A DNA stretch of 64,000 nucleotides, taken from positions 32,001 to 96,000 of IMG/VR virus record IMGVR_UViG_3300047472_000155. The stretch is one strand, 5' to 3'. Positions 49,284 to 60,205 of the stretch are shown here, piece after piece. The stretch comes from a virus. Both the position numbers and the translations under genes were made by a program. The notes below the pieces were generated by a model. That model was given only the letters and a program-made list of their open reading frames with translations. It had not been told where the DNA came from and searched no databases. Numbering within the stretch: the stretch's first letter is position 1; the number at the start of each line of letters is the position of its first letter.

Positions 49284-50513
49284 CTCAGTTCATGAAGCTT
49301 ATACACATTTGCTAATTGCAAGTAAAGAGATTGAGAAAAAAATTAAAGATATGGACCGTCACATGTCTTTCTTTCTGATGAACATTGAAAAAGATAATTT
49401 CAATATTAAAGGCAATCCACACCAGCGTAAACATGCAATTCAAGAGTTTGAATATCTTGTTAATTCATCTGACAACTTTGCAAAAGATGTTGAATACATT
49501 AAAAATCTTGGTGTTACATTATTTTATCAATTGAAGGAGAATGAATTATAATGCATTCATTCCATGGTAAAACCGCTAACTTTCATTTCAACGGAGATAT
49601 GAGCGGTGGCGATCTGATTATTATGCCAAAGGACAAGGATGGCGAAGCATTGTTGGACAAGGATGGCGAATATGTGGAAGTTAGAATTGATGCAGATGAC
49701 ATTCTTAAGCTTGTTGCTTATCACTATGTATTATCCGAATCCATTGGTAAGCTTGAAGATATGGATTATCTGGAGCTACTGAGTATACTTAAATCAAAAG
49801 GTTGACAAGTGATGTTTCCCCGATGTAATATAAAATAAAAGCACAAGGCGGTGTATTGTATGGATAGAACGGTAATCGTATTAACTCCTACGGAGTGGGA
49901 AGATAGAAAGCCACTAGCTAAATGCCTTTCAGATGCATATCAGGAATTGCACTATACGAAATCAAGTGACTCATTGTTAGATGCCTTAATGCTATCGTTG
50001 TCTTTTAATCAAAAACAAGAGAATATGACCAAAGAAGAATTAATAGATGCAATAAATGAATTGCAAAGAATTAGAAAAGATATAATCTCTCATGTAAATA
50101 AAGCACAAACAATTATTGGAGCCATATCTACCGTAATTGACTATAAGGAAAGAACGGAAACAGTCTCCTAGACTGTTTCTTTTTTTTGTTTATAGTCAAT
50201 GACACTTACAAGATAAAATCAAAAGATGTTACCAAATTGTGAAGTAAATAAATTCATGACTGATAACGGTTATCGGTCCAATGTAAGTATCTCTACATTA
50301 ATAAAAGCAGATTTTTAAAAGATATTCCACAATTTAGGTAAAAAAATGTTGACTTGTCCATAAGTGCAATATATAATGAAAACATGAACACGAAAGAATT
50401 GTGCACAATATAAATGGTAAATCGGGTAATAATAATGTGATTAAAAAAGGAATGTTTTGGGTATAATTATCATAAGATAAGTACAAGATAAACGAAAGGA
50501 GATTGGACAAGTT

Positions 50514-51317
50514 ATGAAAAGTCAAATTGAATTGAAGAAAGTACTTAATGAAACGTTGGAAACTTACAAACATAATAAGAATGTTTTGGAAAATGTCAAA
50601 ACACTGATGCAGAATTTTGGAATATTTAGAGGTGAAACACAAAAGATATTTACAGGAAAGACACTTTTTGAGGACATGAACAAGAGAATACTCATATTGA
50701 TTACTGATTCATTGCATCGAAGTACAAATGTTCACAACCTCAATCCTTACGGATACTTTTCTGATAAGGAGATCAAGGAAGCAAAAGCTCAAGAAATTGT
50801 AATTGAAACTGAAACAAGTGAATTTCCCATCACAATACATAATGCTATCAAAAAAGCCGAAGACACTTTTATCGCATTTGTCAAGGCGAAAGACATTGTT
50901 GCTCTTTACAATTCCAATCTCTTAGGCTATAATTATAGAATAAGTAATCAATACAAGATGGTACAAAAAAACGGCAAGTTGATTCAGACAATTGATATCA
51001 ATACCAAAGATGTAAAAGACATTGCACAAAAGATACTAAATAACGTTTACAACATGAATACAATCATTTTAAATGTTTTAGTAAATTCAAGCTTCTCTAC
51101 CGGAAAAAATGAAATTGAATATTCAAATGACACATTGACAATCAATGAAAGTACTGTAGAAATTATTAGTGGACTTCATGATTTGAGCGCTCTTGCTTAC
51201 ATTCTTGAAGACAACAAGAATATTGAATTGAAGGTTGAACTAATGGTCAAACACTATAACTCAGAACAAATGATAAACTTTTACAATGAACTAAATATAA
51301 AGGGTGGTGTAAACTAA
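50514..51317 (+). CDS. SPbeta YopQ-like protein (shorter)
   Basis: NP..YFS.KEIKEAK motif; translationally coupled to the YopR-like gene, as in SPbeta. Confidence 0.5.
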   Translation: MKSQIELKKVLNETLETYKHNKNVLENVKTLMQNFGIFRGETQKIFTGKTLFEDMNKRILILITDSLHRSTNVHNLNPYGYFSDKEIKEAKAQEIVIETETSEFPITIHNAIKKAEDTFIAFVKAKDIVALYNSNLLGYNYRISNQYKMVQKNGKLIQTIDINTKDVKDIAQKILNNVYNMNTIILNVLVNSSFSTGKNEIEYSNDTLTINESTVEIISGLHDLSALAYILEDNKNIELKVELMVKHYNSEQMINFYNELNIKGGVN

Positions 51318-52294
51318 TGGAAAAGCATGAACTCTACAATGAAGAAGTAAAAGAGGATTTCTTGTCACAGAAGCATTTTTCAGAAGGGACAAGAGTTGTC
51401 TATCGTAGAATCTTTGAAAAAAGCAGAGCCAATGAAGAAGTCCTGAACAAGGATTTGTATGACTTCACAAGACAAGAGATTGAAGAGGTTCTGCATGATC
51501 TTAATCCATTGACACCTCCAATATCTCAGTCCAATGGAAGAGTTATCAGCTCATACATTATTTGGTGGATAGACAAGAATAAGCTTAATAAAATCAATCC
51601 ATTGGAGGCAGTTGGTGCCGAATGGTTTGATAGATTCGTAGATAAAACCAAGAAACTTTATTTTTCATATAAGGAAATCAAAAGAATTGTCGATCTATGC
51701 GAGAATGCTCAAGATGCTGTAATACTTCTATCATACTTTGAGGACATTGGTGGCAAAGATGGAAGTGAAATCAGAAATTTAAAAATCACTGATTTAGATG
51801 AAGACCTTAACACAGTAATTTTACGTGAAAAAGGTAAGACTCCAAGAGTACATGTTATCAGTGATGAATTGAAAAAGCTTATCATCTCAGCATCCAAACA
51901 AAAGACTTACATCAAAAAGGATGGTAAGATGATTGAAATTGATAACATTCGTCCAGACATTGACTTGGTTGAAAACGAATATGTTGTCAGAAATTCTTTG
52001 ACACGCACAGATTCATTGAATTCACCAGTTCATTCGTCAGTAATTTATCGTAGAATGAAGACGTTGAGTGAGTCGTTTGGCTTTCCTTACTTGACAGGTA
52101 AAAATGTGTTGAGATCAGGAATAATCTACTTTGCCTGGAAACTTCTGCAACAAGAAGGAGCACTTGGTAAAGAACAATATGAAAAAATTGCAGAAAAATT
52201 TAGATTGAAAAACTGGTATACACTAAAGGATTTTTGCAACTATGAAACCATTGAGAAGTTATACGGTGAAGTTGCTGCTACAATAAGTGCATAA
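51317..52294 (+). CDS. YopR/MrpR-like tyrosine-recombinase-fold repressor
   Basis: YN.E.KE.FL..EE.LNKDLYDFT..KKLY.SY.E..N.QDAV..SEI.NL..LVENEYVV..LT..RSG; canonical catalytic R and HxxR not evident. Confidence 0.78.
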   Translation: MEKHELYNEEVKEDFLSQKHFSEGTRVVYRRIFEKSRANEEVLNKDLYDFTRQEIEEVLHDLNPLTPPISQSNGRVISSYIIWWIDKNKLNKINPLEAVGAEWFDRFVDKTKKLYFSYKEIKRIVDLCENAQDAVILLSYFEDIGGKDGSEIRNLKITDLDEDLNTVILREKGKTPRVHVISDELKKLIISASKQKTYIKKDGKMIEIDNIRPDIDLVENEYVVRNSLTRTDSLNSPVHSSVIYRRMKTLSESFGFPYLTGKNVLRSGIIYFAWKLLQQEGALGKEQYEKIAEKFRLKNWYTLKDFCNYETIEKLYGEVAATISA

Positions 52295-52670
52295 AAAACA
52301 CGTAAATTAAAAAGGGGTTGTTGCCTCTTTTTAATTTACGTTCATTAATTTAAGGGGGTGGTATTATAGATAAGTGAAATATAAAATAAAAAACTATGCT
52401 AACTATGTATCTTTTGCGCAAATAACAAAAAGAACTGATTAAATGGTCCTATTTTTTATGGCAAAAATATACATAATCATGCACAAAATATTTCCTTTTT
52501 AGGTTATTATGTCGGGATTAGGCATTGACAAAGACAACCATTACCTCTATACTAATGGAAGAAAGTAATTATCCTTTATTACCCACATAGAGAGAAACCA
52601 AAACACAATTCAAACAAATTTTTATTAAAATTTTCATCATCATCATGTATTATAAAATGGGAGGAATAGT

Positions 52671-53084
52671 ATGCAAAACAGAAAAAAAATTAAATCTATT
52701 TTTGACGGAATGGATTTGTGCTTGGAATTGGGGATTAATAAATCCAATATTCCTCTGTTACATTCCCTTATATCCTCTTTAGAGGAGTTCGATGACTTTA
52801 TCACGAATTTTTGGGGGCAAAGCGAATGTCAAGGATTTGACATTGCTAATTTTCGTGCATACAAGTTAAATAAAATGAAAGTTAGCTTTACCCGACTAGA
52901 ACAAGTGTTCGGTCAAAATCCACAGCTTGCACTCGAAGAATTGACACAAAGACCTGTACACAAAAACACCACAAATGAAATAGTAAATGGTATTGCTAAT
53001 GGTAAATTTACCCTTATGACAATATTCGACAAATTTATGAGCAATAAAGATTTAAGCTTGTCAAGAATACTACTTGACATCTAA
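52671..53084 (+). CDS. Hypothetical protein
   Basis: GGAGG RBS; upstream TTGACA..TATACT. Confidence 0.65.
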   Translation: MQNRKKIKSIFDGMDLCLELGINKSNIPLLHSLISSLEEFDDFITNFWGQSECQGFDIANFRAYKLNKMKVSFTRLEQVFGQNPQLALEELTQRPVHKNTTNEIVNGIANGKFTLMTIFDKFMSNKDLSLSRILLDI

Positions 53085-53478
53085 AGTCTTTATCTAATGG
53101 GGGGTTCGGGTTTACTTATATAGTAGAGTAAGCCCGTTATGAATTTTTTCTAAAATACTTGTTGACAACACAATATCGGATGTGATATTGTTTTAGTTGT
53201 AAACAAATGGAATATAAAATGAACATAAAAGGAATGATCATATGTCAAGCTTCGAAGAGGTACATGTTGAATGTAAAAAAGATTTGAAAGGCAGAAATGA
53301 TGTCATTCTGTTTCAAACGGGAAAAAAGTACTTGGCTAGAGTATGGGCTACTTCCGCAGTTGTAAAAGATGAAAGTGGATGTTTCCGGTCCTTATATGAA
53401 ACTAAAAGCGATAAGTTTTACAAGGAATATTTTAAAGAAATACAAATAGAAGATAAAATCACAGAGGAGGAATAAAAA

Positions 53479-54327
53479 ATGAATGAAGATTTTGTTAAAG
53501 ATTTTATTGCTTGCAATCAAGAAGTGACTTTACAAAAAGACGATACGGTTGATGATAAATTTGTTGACAAAATGTTAAATGTAAAAGCATATGTAGTGAA
53601 TGAAATGGCTACAGGAGATTTTGAAAAATTGGTGGACATCTTATTTAAAGAAGATATAAGTCCATTGTCATTAAATGATTCATATTTTGCTTCTTATAAG
53701 ATGTCAAAATTGGGGTACGGAAATTTCGGAAATGTTTATGAATTTGTTGGAAGTGATGGATACAGTTATGCAGTAAAAATTGCACGATTTGAAAAAGATA
53801 ATTACAGTGAACATGATGCAACTATTTTGTCAAAATTGCAGTCCATTAAAGGATACAATAAATTATTCTGTTACTTTGAAGGAACCTGCACATATGACTC
53901 ATGGGGAAATGTAAGAAAAAGAGATTTCCTTATAATGGTATCGAAAAAAGTGTATGGGTTTAGAATATCTGATGCCTTGAGAAATGAATTTTGCAAAAGA
54001 AACTTCTTTGACAACATTGGACCAGAAGTGATACAAGAGTTTCAAAAAACAATAAAAGAAACTTATTTAAATGGATATTTTCCAGATGATATTCATAGCG
54101 AAAATGTAATGGTGGATATGGATGAAAAGCAGGTTGTGATTGTTGATGTGGGATGCTATACACAGACAGAAGTAAAAGACGATATTTCAGAAGAAATGGT
54201 AAAAGATAAGGTATATGCATCAAGATTAATTGATCTGTGCGGACAATCAAATATTTTTTGTCGAGATGGTCAAAAATATCATGTGGAGGTGAAAACTAAA
54301 AATGACAGAGAAACTTATAAGTTTTAA
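53479..54327 (+). CDS. Ser/Thr protein kinase-fold protein 1
   Basis: LGYGNFGNVY; YAVK; DDIHSENVM; VDVG. Confidence 0.85.
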   Translation: MNEDFVKDFIACNQEVTLQKDDTVDDKFVDKMLNVKAYVVNEMATGDFEKLVDILFKEDISPLSLNDSYFASYKMSKLGYGNFGNVYEFVGSDGYSYAVKIARFEKDNYSEHDATILSKLQSIKGYNKLFCYFEGTCTYDSWGNVRKRDFLIMVSKKVYGFRISDALRNEFCKRNFFDNIGPEVIQEFQKTIKETYLNGYFPDDIHSENVMVDMDEKQVVIVDVGCYTQTEVKDDISEEMVKDKVYASRLIDLCGQSNIFCRDGQKYHVEVKTKNDRETYKF

Positions 54328-55003
54328 AGTTACTACTCTCAATGGAATGGCGGATGGCGATTTTCAAAGATTACTTGCAATATTAATTGATGAAAAAGAA
54401 GGCATAACTTTCCACTCTCAGCATTGGGACATGGAACAAAGAGGATTAAAGCGTCTTGGTTTTGGTTGCTATGGTGATGTATATGAATTTATCGGAAGTA
54501 ATGGATATGAATATGCTGTTAAAATTTGTTCTTTTAAAAATAGTGCTCTTCAACACGATGGTGAAATTCTATCAAAACTTCAAGGAATTGTTGGATTTCC
54601 AAAACTATTCCTATATATTGATGGTGAATCCGAGACATCAGATTTCATGATAATGGTGTCACAGAAAATAAATGGTTTCACTATAGCAAAAATAGTTAAT
54701 CCTTGGAACGCTGATAAAATTTTGGTTCAACAATTCAAGGATACATTTGAGCCAGAAATTTTGAAGATATTTAATCAAACAATTCGTTCCTCATTCGCAA
54801 GAGGTTTACGTCCTGACGATGTTCATATTGAGAATGTAATGTATGATATCAACGAAAAAATCTTCTATGTTGTTGATGTAGGGAAATTTACAAATACAAA
54901 ATTCACAGAAGTTAGAGACAATGATATTTCAAGTTATAGAAATAACGCTAGAATCAGTGATCTTTTGCATATGGTAAATTATAAAAAAGAGGTGCTTGCA
55001 TAA
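54302..55003 (+). CDS. Ser/Thr protein kinase-fold protein 2 (paralog)
   Basis: LGFGCYGDVY; YAVK; DDVHIENVM; VDVG. Confidence 0.85.
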   Translation: MTEKLISFKVTTLNGMADGDFQRLLAILIDEKEGITFHSQHWDMEQRGLKRLGFGCYGDVYEFIGSNGYEYAVKICSFKNSALQHDGEILSKLQGIVGFPKLFLYIDGESETSDFMIMVSQKINGFTIAKIVNPWNADKILVQQFKDTFEPEILKIFNQTIRSSFARGLRPDDVHIENVMYDINEKIFYVVDVGKFTNTKFTEVRDNDISSYRNNARISDLLHMVNYKKEVLA

Positions 55004-55409
55004 TGGAAAATATAGTTAAAGTATCTATTAGTATTGAGGCTTCGGTTCACGTAACAGATCAAATGAAAGATAAAATAAAATCCTTAAATCCTTTTGCCTA
55101 CGAACAATATAAAAATGATGAAGAGGCATTGGCTATGATAGCTTTTTATGATGCTATGGACTTACTTATTTCAAAAAAATCTAATCTAAACGAACATGTG
55201 AAAGGGTTGAAAGTTGTAACCATATAACAATCGACATCAGATATTCCAACTTGACTGAACTACTATCATAACATAAATTCAGAAAAAAGTCAATCACTAA
55301 AATTCGATGGAACTCTGAGTTACAAAAAATACATCATATATATGTTGCATAAATCGTTGACTTTTTTACAAATGTAATATAAAATGAATATATAACAAAC
55401 GAGAGGAAA

Positions 55410-55868
55410 GTGAACCGATCAATGAATATCAAACAACAAGTCAAGGAAAATATTGTAAAGGCAATGAAGGAGAAGAATACTAAGCAACGCGACTTTCAAC
55501 GTATGTTGATGGATCGAATTCAGAAAAAAGAAAAGGAATTTCAGCGTGACATTACGGATGATGAAATTGTTGTATTGTTCCGCACATTCAAAAAGCAAAT
55601 TGAAGAAGAAGCATTTGCATATTTCCAATCTGGAAATGTAGTTAGACATGATGAATTGGTTCAAGATATCTCAGTGTTGTTTGCATATCTTCCACGTGAA
55701 ATGAGTGGAGAAGAGATTAAACATCTTGCGTCCACGGTTGTTAGCCAACTTGAAGGTCAAGGCGTATCTCCAAACAAGGGAAATGTCATGAAGTTGATCA
55801 TGCCTATGGTCAAGGGTAAGGCTGACAATAAACTCGTCATGGATATTGTGAATAGCATTTTTGCCTAA
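55410..55868 (+). CDS. GatB/YqeY-domain protein
   Basis: AMKEK..YLP.EMS.EEI..KGNVMK.IMPMVKGKAD.KLV. Confidence 0.88.
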   Translation: MNRSMNIKQQVKENIVKAMKEKNTKQRDFQRMLMDRIQKKEKEFQRDITDDEIVVLFRTFKKQIEEEAFAYFQSGNVVRHDELVQDISVLFAYLPREMSGEEIKHLASTVVSQLEGQGVSPNKGNVMKLIMPMVKGKADNKLVMDIVNSIFA

Positions 55869-55880
55869 ATAATTTCAACA

Positions 55881-55996
55881 CGACAGGTTACAAAAGTTTT
55901 GCTGAACTAATATATAATTATAACTCTGTTAAATTATTAAGTAAATTAACAGAATCAGTTAATATATTAGTTCAGCGAAAAAAGCGTAACCTGTCG
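55881..55996. repeat. Long inverted-repeat element, copy 2
   Basis: CGACAGGTTACAAAAGTTTTGCTGAACTAATATAT..ATATTAGTTCAGCGAAAAAAGCGTAACCTGTCG. Confidence 0.85.
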
Positions 55997-56030
55997 TAAA
56001 AACAAAACAATAATATTGGAGGAATTAACC

Positions 56031-56825
56031 ATGAAACTTAACAAAATACATGTGATTATTGCAAGTATTTTATTCTTCATCATTGGATATTTTACATCAT
56101 CTTCGGTGATTGAAATTGTTTCTGCCGTTTCCGGTTTGCTTTGTGTGTGGCTTGCCGCCAAAGAACACATATGGAATTATCCAATTGGATTCGTCAACAT
56201 AGCGGCGTTCATGTATGTGTTTTGGGGAGCTGGACTATATGCCGACTTTACACTACAAATTATCTTTGCGGCATTGAGCGCTTACGGATGGATATATTGG
56301 CTTAAAGGCAAAGGTGAAAAATCGGTTAAGCCAACAAAACGTGTAACGACTTCAGAAATTATTTTATACATTGTGATTGCAATTGTAGGAACATTCTTGT
56401 GGGCAAATGTCAATCTCAGAATTTTTAATGGTGTTGCATTGCCATACTTTGATGCATTCGTTGCTGTGTTAAGTGTAATTGCTCAAGTAATGTTGTCAAG
56501 AAAGCGGCTTGAGAATTGGTATGTATGGATTCTAGTAGATGTGTTATCCGTAGGAATGTATTGGTACAAAGACTTACACCTTGTATCTATCTTATATATC
56601 TTCTTCCTTGTCAATGCGGTATATGGATTGATTGCATGGAAAAAAGAATACAAAAAGTTTCAAGTTGAACAAACGGTAAATAAAATAATCAAAGAGACTC
56701 AAGCAAGTTCAGAAAATATCGGAAATGCTATGAAAACTCCGTGGCTTAAGTTTGTAGAAGAACATCAAAGAGCTTACTATACTACAGATGATCCAGAAAA
56801 TCCATTCAATAAAGGGGATAAGTGA
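56031..56825 (+). CDS. pnuC: Nicotinamide riboside transporter
   Basis: Multi-TM; WNYPIG..LYAD..LQ..YGW..W..D..Q..RKRLENWYVWILVD. Confidence 0.93.
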   Translation: MKLNKIHVIIASILFFIIGYFTSSSVIEIVSAVSGLLCVWLAAKEHIWNYPIGFVNIAAFMYVFWGAGLYADFTLQIIFAALSAYGWIYWLKGKGEKSVKPTKRVTTSEIILYIVIAIVGTFLWANVNLRIFNGVALPYFDAFVAVLSVIAQVMLSRKRLENWYVWILVDVLSVGMYWYKDLHLVSILYIFFLVNAVYGLIAWKKEYKKFQVEQTVNKIIKETQASSENIGNAMKTPWLKFVEEHQRAYYTTDDPENPFNKGDK

Positions 56826-57063
56826 TAATGGGAGAAATTATATTCAAAACTTATTCCCTTGGAGAAATCGTTGACAACTTAGGTGAAAATGAAATTGCTA
56901 TAAAAATTGACGGAACTAGTGTGGGGGATAGAATTTATAAGAACAATGAGACATGTCAGCTTAGACGAGTGAATATAGATTCTTGTATGGATATTCCATT
57001 GATGATTAATACTATTGAAGTTTTGGAAAAAAGTGTTTGGATCATTTTGAAGGAGGAATCCTA

Positions 57064-58104
57064 ATGAAGACAGGTTTAATTCTAGGCAAATTCATGCCTT
57101 TACATCTAGGGCATGAATACCTTATCAATACAGGACTAACAGCATGTGATGTGCTTCATGTTGTTGTATGTAGCCTATCAAGTGAACCGATTGATGGAAA
57201 TTTGCGTTACGAGTGGGTTAAACATAGATTTTGTCAAGAAATTTTGAAGGGACGCATTGTTGTTCATCACCTCAAAGAAGATTGGATGCCACAAGAACCA
57301 AGTGATTGCATCTCTGAGGAAGCTTTCTTTGGATGTTGGGCGGGTGTAATGGAGTCTTTGTGTAATACTAAGTTTGACGTTATGTTCGCATCAGAAATGT
57401 ATATACATCGTATGTCAAATCAACTTAATTGCACTCCTATTCTTGTTGACCTTGAGCGTAAGAATGTTCCTATTAGTGGAACAATGGTTCGTGACAATCC
57501 AATTGGAAATTGGAAGTTTATTAACAGGAATGTAAAAAAGTATTTTGCAAAGCGTGTACTCATTATTGGCGGTGAAAGCACCGGAAAGTCAATTATGACT
57601 CAAATGCTTGACGAATATTACGAAGACAAAGGTTATCTTACTTATGGTTCTCAAGAATATGCTAGAGATTATATTGACCAAGTTTATAATGGTAATATGG
57701 AAAAGTTAACATTTGACGACATCACACATTTTGGTCAATCACAAATGAGAGATGTTGATAGCGCTATACAAAGTGGATTCCAAATTGTATTTTCTGACAC
57801 GGACGCTATTGTGTCTAAGGTATTTCAACAAACATACTACGGAAAGACATCTCCTGAACTTGATGAAGTCATTGACAAAGAACAATGGGATTTGGTTCTA
57901 TTCCTTGAAAACGATGTACCATGGGTTGATGATGGTCAACGTAATCTTGGAGAGAAGAAGCAAAGAGAATTATTCCAACATAAACTCTACGTTGAAGTAT
58001 ATAACAAAAAGAAAATGCGTAATATCGTGTTTATTAACGGAGATTGGGAACAACGATTTGAAAAGGCAAAAAAATCTGTTGACAAGTTGCTTCAACTAAT
58101 GTAA
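57064..58104 (+). CDS. nadR: NadR-like bifunctional NMN adenylyltransferase / ribosylnicotinamide kinase (no HTH)
   Basis: GKFMPLHLGH; ISGT.VR; GGESTGKS; EYAR; DTD; WVDDGQR. Confidence 0.92.
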   Translation: MKTGLILGKFMPLHLGHEYLINTGLTACDVLHVVVCSLSSEPIDGNLRYEWVKHRFCQEILKGRIVVHHLKEDWMPQEPSDCISEEAFFGCWAGVMESLCNTKFDVMFASEMYIHRMSNQLNCTPILVDLERKNVPISGTMVRDNPIGNWKFINRNVKKYFAKRVLIIGGESTGKSIMTQMLDEYYEDKGYLTYGSQEYARDYIDQVYNGNMEKLTFDDITHFGQSQMRDVDSAIQSGFQIVFSDTDAIVSKVFQQTYYGKTSPELDEVIDKEQWDLVLFLENDVPWVDDGQRNLGEKKQRELFQHKLYVEVYNKKKMRNIVFINGDWEQRFEKAKKSVDKLLQLM

Positions 58105-58139
58105 GATAAAATGAAAGAGCGAAAGGAATTGATGACTAT

Positions 58140-58484
58140 ATGAGTAAGAATGGCGATATTAAAATTGCTGGAGATGAAAGACACAAAGTTCCAAACTCAG
58201 AAGTAAGAGGATATATTAATCAATTAAAAAAAGATGAAAAGAAAAATTATTCTAGAAGCTTAGAATTGTTGAATGCGCAAATTTCTACATCTTCTGACGT
58301 ATTTGTCAGCATGTTGTTTTCATCTGTAGTCGGACTTATTGCAACACACTTCTACCCTCAATTTAACAGTGGAGGCTATTGGATTGCATTGTTTCTAAGC
58401 ACAGGTTTTTTAAATTCATTGAAACTTAACTATAAAAAAGTAATTAGAGATGACTATACCCCTAGTTGGAAAAAGGAGAAATAA
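58140..58484 (+). CDS. Membrane protein (2 TM)
   Basis: Two hydrophobic segments. Confidence 0.6.
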   Translation: MSKNGDIKIAGDERHKVPNSEVRGYINQLKKDEKKNYSRSLELLNAQISTSSDVFVSMLFSSVVGLIATHFYPQFNSGGYWIALFLSTGFLNSLKLNYKKVIRDDYTPSWKKEK

Positions 58485-58485
58485 T

Positions 58486-58731
58486 ATGACAACATTGACA
58501 GTACAACAAAAGGTAAAAAGCGTAATTGGAAAAATTAAAGGGATTCCATCAAAAGAGATTAGTATCAAAGATTCATTTGAAGACCTTGAATTTGATGGAT
58601 TTGATATGGATGAAATGATTGAAGTTCTTTCGGATTATTATGACATTGATCTTGAAGTTGAATTTAATTATGTAAAACATACACATGTAGGGCATGTCGT
58701 TAAGTTGGTAGAGAAGCTTTTTAATTGGTAG
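58486..58731 (+). CDS. Acyl-carrier-protein-like protein lacking the attachment serine
   Basis: VQQKVKSVI..I..SF.DL.FDGFD..E.I..L..YDIDL..VG.VV..VE; DSL motif is DGF. Confidence 0.7.
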   Translation: MTTLTVQQKVKSVIGKIKGIPSKEISIKDSFEDLEFDGFDMDEMIEVLSDYYDIDLEVEFNYVKHTHVGHVVKLVEKLFNW

Positions 58732-58766
58732 AAACAAATATAAAATAAAACGAAAGTGGTGGTAAT

Positions 58767-59021
58767 ATGCTTTGGTTAATAACAATCTGGGTTGTTTCAA
58801 TAATTTTATGTTTTTTCATTGGAAAAAAATCTTTATCTATTAATGACGATATGTTTGACGAAGAATTAGAAAATTTAATAATTTTTATTGTAGTTGGATT
58901 GATTCCATGCCTAAATTTGATCATATATTTAATAGTTCTTACATGTGTTTATTGCGAAGAAAGAGATTCAGGGATAAGTGATCTTGCAAAAGTGATCTTT
59001 CATGCAAAGAATGATAAGTGA
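58767..59021 (+). CDS. Membrane protein
   Basis: Two hydrophobic segments. Confidence 0.6.
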   Translation: MLWLITIWVVSIILCFFIGKKSLSINDDMFDEELENLIIFIVVGLIPCLNLIIYLIVLTCVYCEERDSGISDLAKVIFHAKNDK

Positions 59022-59071
59022 TGGCATTGGTAATATGTGGTTTGGAAATGAGAAATGGTCAATAAGGAGGA

Positions 59072-60205
59072 ATGAAAGTGTTAAATTTTACAAAAGAAGA
59101 TTACATGGAATATGTTGATCAAGGATATATCTCGCGTAAAGAACATCCAGAAGACTCAAATGTAGTTATTTTAAATTATACAGAAAAAACCGTATTTGAA
59201 CGCAAATGGAATGACATAACACTTCAATGCAGAGGTTTGATCTTGAATGAAGCGACATGTGAAGTGTTGGCAAGACCTTTCCCTAAGTTTTTTAATTATG
59301 GTGAAGCGAATGGTCTTAACATTTCTATTCCACAAACACAGCCAGAGATTACCATTAAGCATGACGGATCATTGGGAATCATGTATCGTCTACATGGTAA
59401 AATTCGATGGGCGACAAGGGGTAGTTTTGTGTCAGAACAGGCTAATATTGCACAAAGAATTTGGGATAAAGAATACGCCCAATATGAGCATTTAATTCCG
59501 AATTCCTTAACATTGTTGGCAGAAATAATTCACCCATTGACAAGAGTGGTTGTTAATTACAATGGACTTGAAGATTTGATTTTGATTGGCATTATTAATA
59601 GATTTGATGGATCAGATTACAATCATCTTACTATTACCAATTTTAGAAATCAATATGTTCCAATGCCAGTAACAGAAAAGATAGTGGGTAACGTTGATAA
59701 TATTATAGAAATCGCAAAAACCCTTGATCACAATGAAGAGGGGTTTGTATTGTGTTGGGACAATCCCAATTTTACATTTGACGAACAACAACCGTATCGC
59801 CTTAAGGTCAAGGGACAACAATACCTTGAAGTTCACCGTATCATTCATGGTATGAGCTTGAAGCAAAAAGTTGAGTCGTGGGCTAATGGCAACTTGAATG
59901 AATATATTGCATCATTACCAGAAGAGTTTCGTCCAGAGATCGAAGAAACTGCTTCCGAATGTGAGAATATTTATAGTTATATTATGATAAATGTAGCAAA
60001 AAAGTATCAAATAGCAGAAAAACGTGGACGCAAGAATTATGCTCTATGGATGCAAAAGAATGCTCCTAGCTATCTTCATGGTTTTTTATGGCTCAAATAT
60101 GATAATGAAATTGAACAAATGCAAGATAAAATTAAACAATATATTGTCAAAAATTATAGAGAATTGATTGGAGGAAATAACAGTGCAAGTGAGCAAATTG
60201 AATAA
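59072..60205 (+). CDS. T4 Rnl1-like RNA ligase
   Basis: CRGLI..ARPFPKFFN; motif I KHDGS; ATRGSF; EEGFV; RLKVK. Confidence 0.92.
   Translation: MKVLNFTKEDYMEYVDQGYISRKEHPEDSNVVILNYTEKTVFERKWNDITLQCRGLILNEATCEVLARPFPKFFNYGEANGLNISIPQTQPEITIKHDGSLGIMYRLHGKIRWATRGSFVSEQANIAQRIWDKEYAQYEHLIPNSLTLLAEIIHPLTRVVVNYNGLEDLILIGIINRFDGSDYNHLTITNFRNQYVPMPVTEKIVGNVDNIIEIAKTLDHNEEGFVLCWDNPNFTFDEQQPYRLKVKGQQYLEVHRIIHGMSLKQKVESWANGNLNEYIASLPEEFRPEIEETASECENIYSYIMINVAKKYQIAEKRGRKNYALWMQKNAPSYLHGFLWLKYDNEIEQMQDKIKQYIVKNYRELIGGNNSASEQIE

Noticed and set aside
51317-52294. Second active integrase
   Set aside because: Catalytic motifs are degenerate; similarity to the YopR/MrpR repressor explains it better.
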